Shown in pieces: positions 35,113-37,433 of a stretch of 37,433 bases of DNA. Every line of letters begins with the position of its first letter. Position 1 is the stretch's first letter. The notes under the pieces are model-generated. The model worked only from the letters and a program-made list of their open reading frames with translations, was not told the origin of the DNA and searched no databases. The translations under genes were made by a program, and so were the position numbers. The stretch lies in IMG/VR virus record IMGVR_UViG_2718217716_000005. The stretch is one strand, 5' to 3'. Origin of the DNA: a virus. Taxonomy: Duplodnaviria; Heunggongvirae; Uroviricota; Caudoviricetes.

Positions 35113-37200
35113 TCAGGCCAGAGGGTCATTTTCTTTTAATTTCGCTTCAAGCAGCTGCAATCCCCGCTGGAAATTACGCTCGTATTCTTCATCAGGTTCA
35201 TCCTCAGCGACCGGTTGCTGAACGGTCACTGTATTACCCACAGGGCGGTATATATTTTCCAGCCATGGCTCCTGTGGCTTGTGCTCCAGCACGTTGACAA
35301 CCTCATCCTCGGCATCACGGATTTTTTCCTCTGCGCGTTTACGCATACCTTTAAGGCGCTGCTGCTGTTTGTAGTATTCCGCGCTGACCGGGAAGGCTTC
35401 GCGTTTATTGCCGTCCCATACCGCCTCGCAAATCACGCTGCCATCCGGGCGACGCACGGTAATTCGTTCGGCATCATGAATGTCATAGCTGATAAGCACT
35501 TTGCGGCCATGTTCATCACGCAGCTCGGGCGCGTAGTAAATATTATTCAGCCAGCGTATTTCACAGCGTCTTACAGGGCGTTCCACCATCGGCCGGAACA
35601 TGTCCCGCAGTTCAACATCGGACAGCCATTCAATTTCCGTGTCCTCTTCCGCCAGGCGTTTTTTTCTGAACTCCGCCGGGCTGTAATGTTTGCCGTTCGG
35701 CTTCATGGGTAATTCATCGTGCGGCCGGCTGTTGTACCACTCAACGCCGTCACGAATGGCATCAATCAGTTCAGACCAGGACGGTAAATCACGCATCGCT
35801 GACTGCTGCCGGGCGTTCAGCCGCTTGCCCTGTTGCAGGGCAGTGAATGCCGAGCGTAAATCGCGGTTGGTTTTACGTAACGTCTCGCGATCTGCACCTT
35901 TCCCGAAATAGGTGCGGTATTTACGGGCTATGCGCATCGGTAATGTGCGGTTAAGCCGTTCGATAATGCCCCGTCCCTGCGGGTTACCGGCAATCCCTGT
36001 CGGGTGATTAATCCCCAGTCGTGGCAGGATCCCCACAATCTCCTTATCCAGGATGTCGGCGGTTTCCCCGGAGCCATTATCCGAGTAATACAGAAACGGT
36101 TTGCCGTGATGGCGAATACCGTGCTGTATGGCACCGGCTACGGCGAAAACATTTTCAGCCAGGTCAAGGCTCCAGCCCACCACAAAGCGCGTGCCACCGT
36201 CGATAACAAAGGTCACTTCCGGTGCAAATGGCCGCCCGTGAACCGGGTGCGTGCATTTCAGCTTCATGCCGTGACCGTCACCAATCCAGACATAATTCAC
36301 CGGCATTTTTGACCAGTCGCGGCGCGTGAACCCCTCAAGCTGGCGGTATTCACTGCCGGTCACCCGGCCTTTTTGTTTCACCACTTCCGGCAGCTTCTTC
36401 ATTGCGCGGCGAATGGTGTCATAAGACGGCATGATATCGAGCATATAAGGCTCATCAGCGTGCCGCTGCTGCCATTCAGCAACAAAATCCTCGTAAGCCT
36501 CGGTCATTGGTCGGCCGTTTGACTGGCGATACTGCGCCAGAAACTCGGGGAGCCAGTTAATATCTTCGGCTTTTATTTCCTGACGTTTACCCGGTGCCAG
36601 TAAAAGAAGGCGTTCAGCGGCGTTCTGCGCCTTGTTAAAGGCCGCAATCCAGCGTTTCAGCGTGATTTCACTCAACGCGCGGCGGTTTCCCTTTTTGGCG
36701 TTCGCCGTCTCAACCATTGCCACAATGCGCTCGTCCAGTTGTGAGCGTGACAGGCGGTCAACGATAAAACGGATGGCTTTAGCGCAGTTGAAACCGGGTT
36801 GTTGCGCGAATTTCAGCACCTCGCTGACAATCGCAATTCGTGCTTCAGCCACCTGGCGCTGTTTTTCTGTCAGGGCATTGAGGCGTTCGACCATCAGTTG
36901 GGGTGAACCGCGATATGCCTCCACCGCATCAACCACGTCAGGTGAGCGTCTGGCCTTTGTCACCACCGGAGCCGGTGATTCGTCGGCTTTTTGCGTCATC
37001 AGTTGCAGGGCGTAGCGTTCACGTAAAGCCTGCTGCGTTACTTCAGGTAAACAGTCGATGCTGTATTCAAAACCTTTACAGCCTTTCTGGCGGCGTCTGC
37101 TGGTTTCGCTGGTTGCATACTTCCTGATTGAATAGCGGACGCCTTGCTCCGTTCCGGGCATTCCCGGTAATCCAACCAGCTCTTTAACTGAAGCAAACAT
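35113..37200 (-). CDS. A: Mu-type DDE transposase A
   Basis: 695-aa protein with N-terminal DNA-binding region, central DDE core (...WIGDGHGMK...YYSDNGSGE...), and C-terminal ...ISYDIHDAERITVRRPDGSVICEAVWDGNKRE... resembling the MuA C-terminus. Confidence 0.9.
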   Translation of the reverse strand: MFASVKELVGLPGMPGTEQGVRYSIRKYATSETSRRRQKGCKGFEYSIDCLPEVTQQALRERYALQLMTQKADESPAPVVTKARRSPDVVDAVEAYRGSPQLMVERLNALTEKQRQVAEARIAIVSEVLKFAQQPGFNCAKAIRFIVDRLSRSQLDERIVAMVETANAKKGNRRALSEITLKRWIAAFNKAQNAAERLLLLAPGKRQEIKAEDINWLPEFLAQYRQSNGRPMTEAYEDFVAEWQQRHADEPYMLDIMPSYDTIRRAMKKLPEVVKQKGRVTGSEYRQLEGFTRRDWSKMPVNYVWIGDGHGMKLKCTHPVHGRPFAPEVTFVIDGGTRFVVGWSLDLAENVFAVAGAIQHGIRHHGKPFLYYSDNGSGETADILDKEIVGILPRLGINHPTGIAGNPQGRGIIERLNRTLPMRIARKYRTYFGKGADRETLRKTNRDLRSAFTALQQGKRLNARQQSAMRDLPSWSELIDAIRDGVEWYNSRPHDELPMKPNGKHYSPAEFRKKRLAEEDTEIEWLSDVELRDMFRPMVERPVRRCEIRWLNNIYYAPELRDEHGRKVLISYDIHDAERITVRRPDGSVICEAVWDGNKREAFPVSAEYYKQQQRLKGMRKRAEEKIRDAEDEVVNVLEHKPQEPWLENIYRPVGNTVTVQQPVAEDEPDEEYERNFQRGLQLLEAKLKENDPLA

Positions 37201-37202
37201 AA

Positions 37203-37433
37203 TTATGCGACCTTACGAATGTAGCGGCTGGGCCAAATCTCCTCGGGTGGTACACCCAGACATTCCGCAATAATCCCCTCATACTTGGGAACATGGCGGT
37301 ATACCGCGTTGTACAGGTTGTTCTGACCTACGCCAGCTTTACGGGCCAGCGCCCTCATACTTCCTTCTCTGGCTCTGACTTCCCCCAAGATTCTTTGAGG
37401 ATGCCAATCAGGCTTAACTTCATTTCTCGCCAT
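37203..37433 (-). CDS. ner: Ner-like DNA-binding early regulator
   Basis: 76-aa protein with ...DWHP...II...LG..PEEIWPSRY... pattern of Mu Ner family; stop overlaps the transposase start; ATG is the last codon of the window. Confidence 0.8.
   Translation of the reverse strand: MARNEVKPDWHPQRILGEVRAREGSMRALARKAGVGQNNLYNAVYRHVPKYEGIIAECLGVPPEEIWPSRYIRKVA

Larger units (their letters stand above)
1..37433. mobile_element. Interior of a Mu-like transposable prophage (mom stop to ner start); ends and repressor gene outside window
   Basis: Colinear Mu gene order on minus strand: ner, DDE transposase A, MuB ATPase, Gam, GemA, Mor/C, lysis, terminase, portal, head, sheath, tube, tape measure, baseplate, fibre, com, mom. 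Length ~37 kb matches Mu-family genomes. Confidence 0.9.

Noticed and set aside
1-37433. Integrase, attachment site or tRNA integration
   Set aside because: No tyrosine or serine recombinase is present; the element encodes a DDE transposase and MuB and so integrates by transposition. Ends are outside the window.

Overview
The window is the interior of a Mu-like transposable prophage, running almost exactly from the stop codon of mom (position 1) to the start codon of ner (position 37433). Nearly all genes are on the minus strand in Mu order: ner, transposase A, MuB ATPase, about ten small early genes including Gam and GemA, one Mor/C-family activator, a lysis cassette (SAR-type endolysin, overlapping spanins), terminase, portal, head genes, sheath, tube, tape measure, baseplate, tail fibre, then com-mom. 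The repressor c and both prophage ends lie outside the window, so the insertion site cannot be seen. Sequences differ from Mu itself (for example Ner), so this is a Mu relative. Departures from the Mu plan are the most interesting content: (1) the G-segment/gin position is occupied by a 689-aa esterase plus lectin-like protein, a convergent tail-fibre assembly gene and small genes, with no invertase; (2) two opposite-strand, lower-GC insertions ('morons') with their own ribosome-binding sites and terminators, one replacing the expected mor position and one inside the tail cluster; (3) only one Mor/C activator; (4) a perfect (GGCTTC)n repeat encoding (Glu-Ala)n; (5) a small gene upstream of the large terminase that shares a C-terminal motif with the neighbouring terminase-associated protein. 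All calls rest on reading the ORF translations and sequence by eye; no database search was run, and Mu gene names are assigned from recalled family features and gene order.
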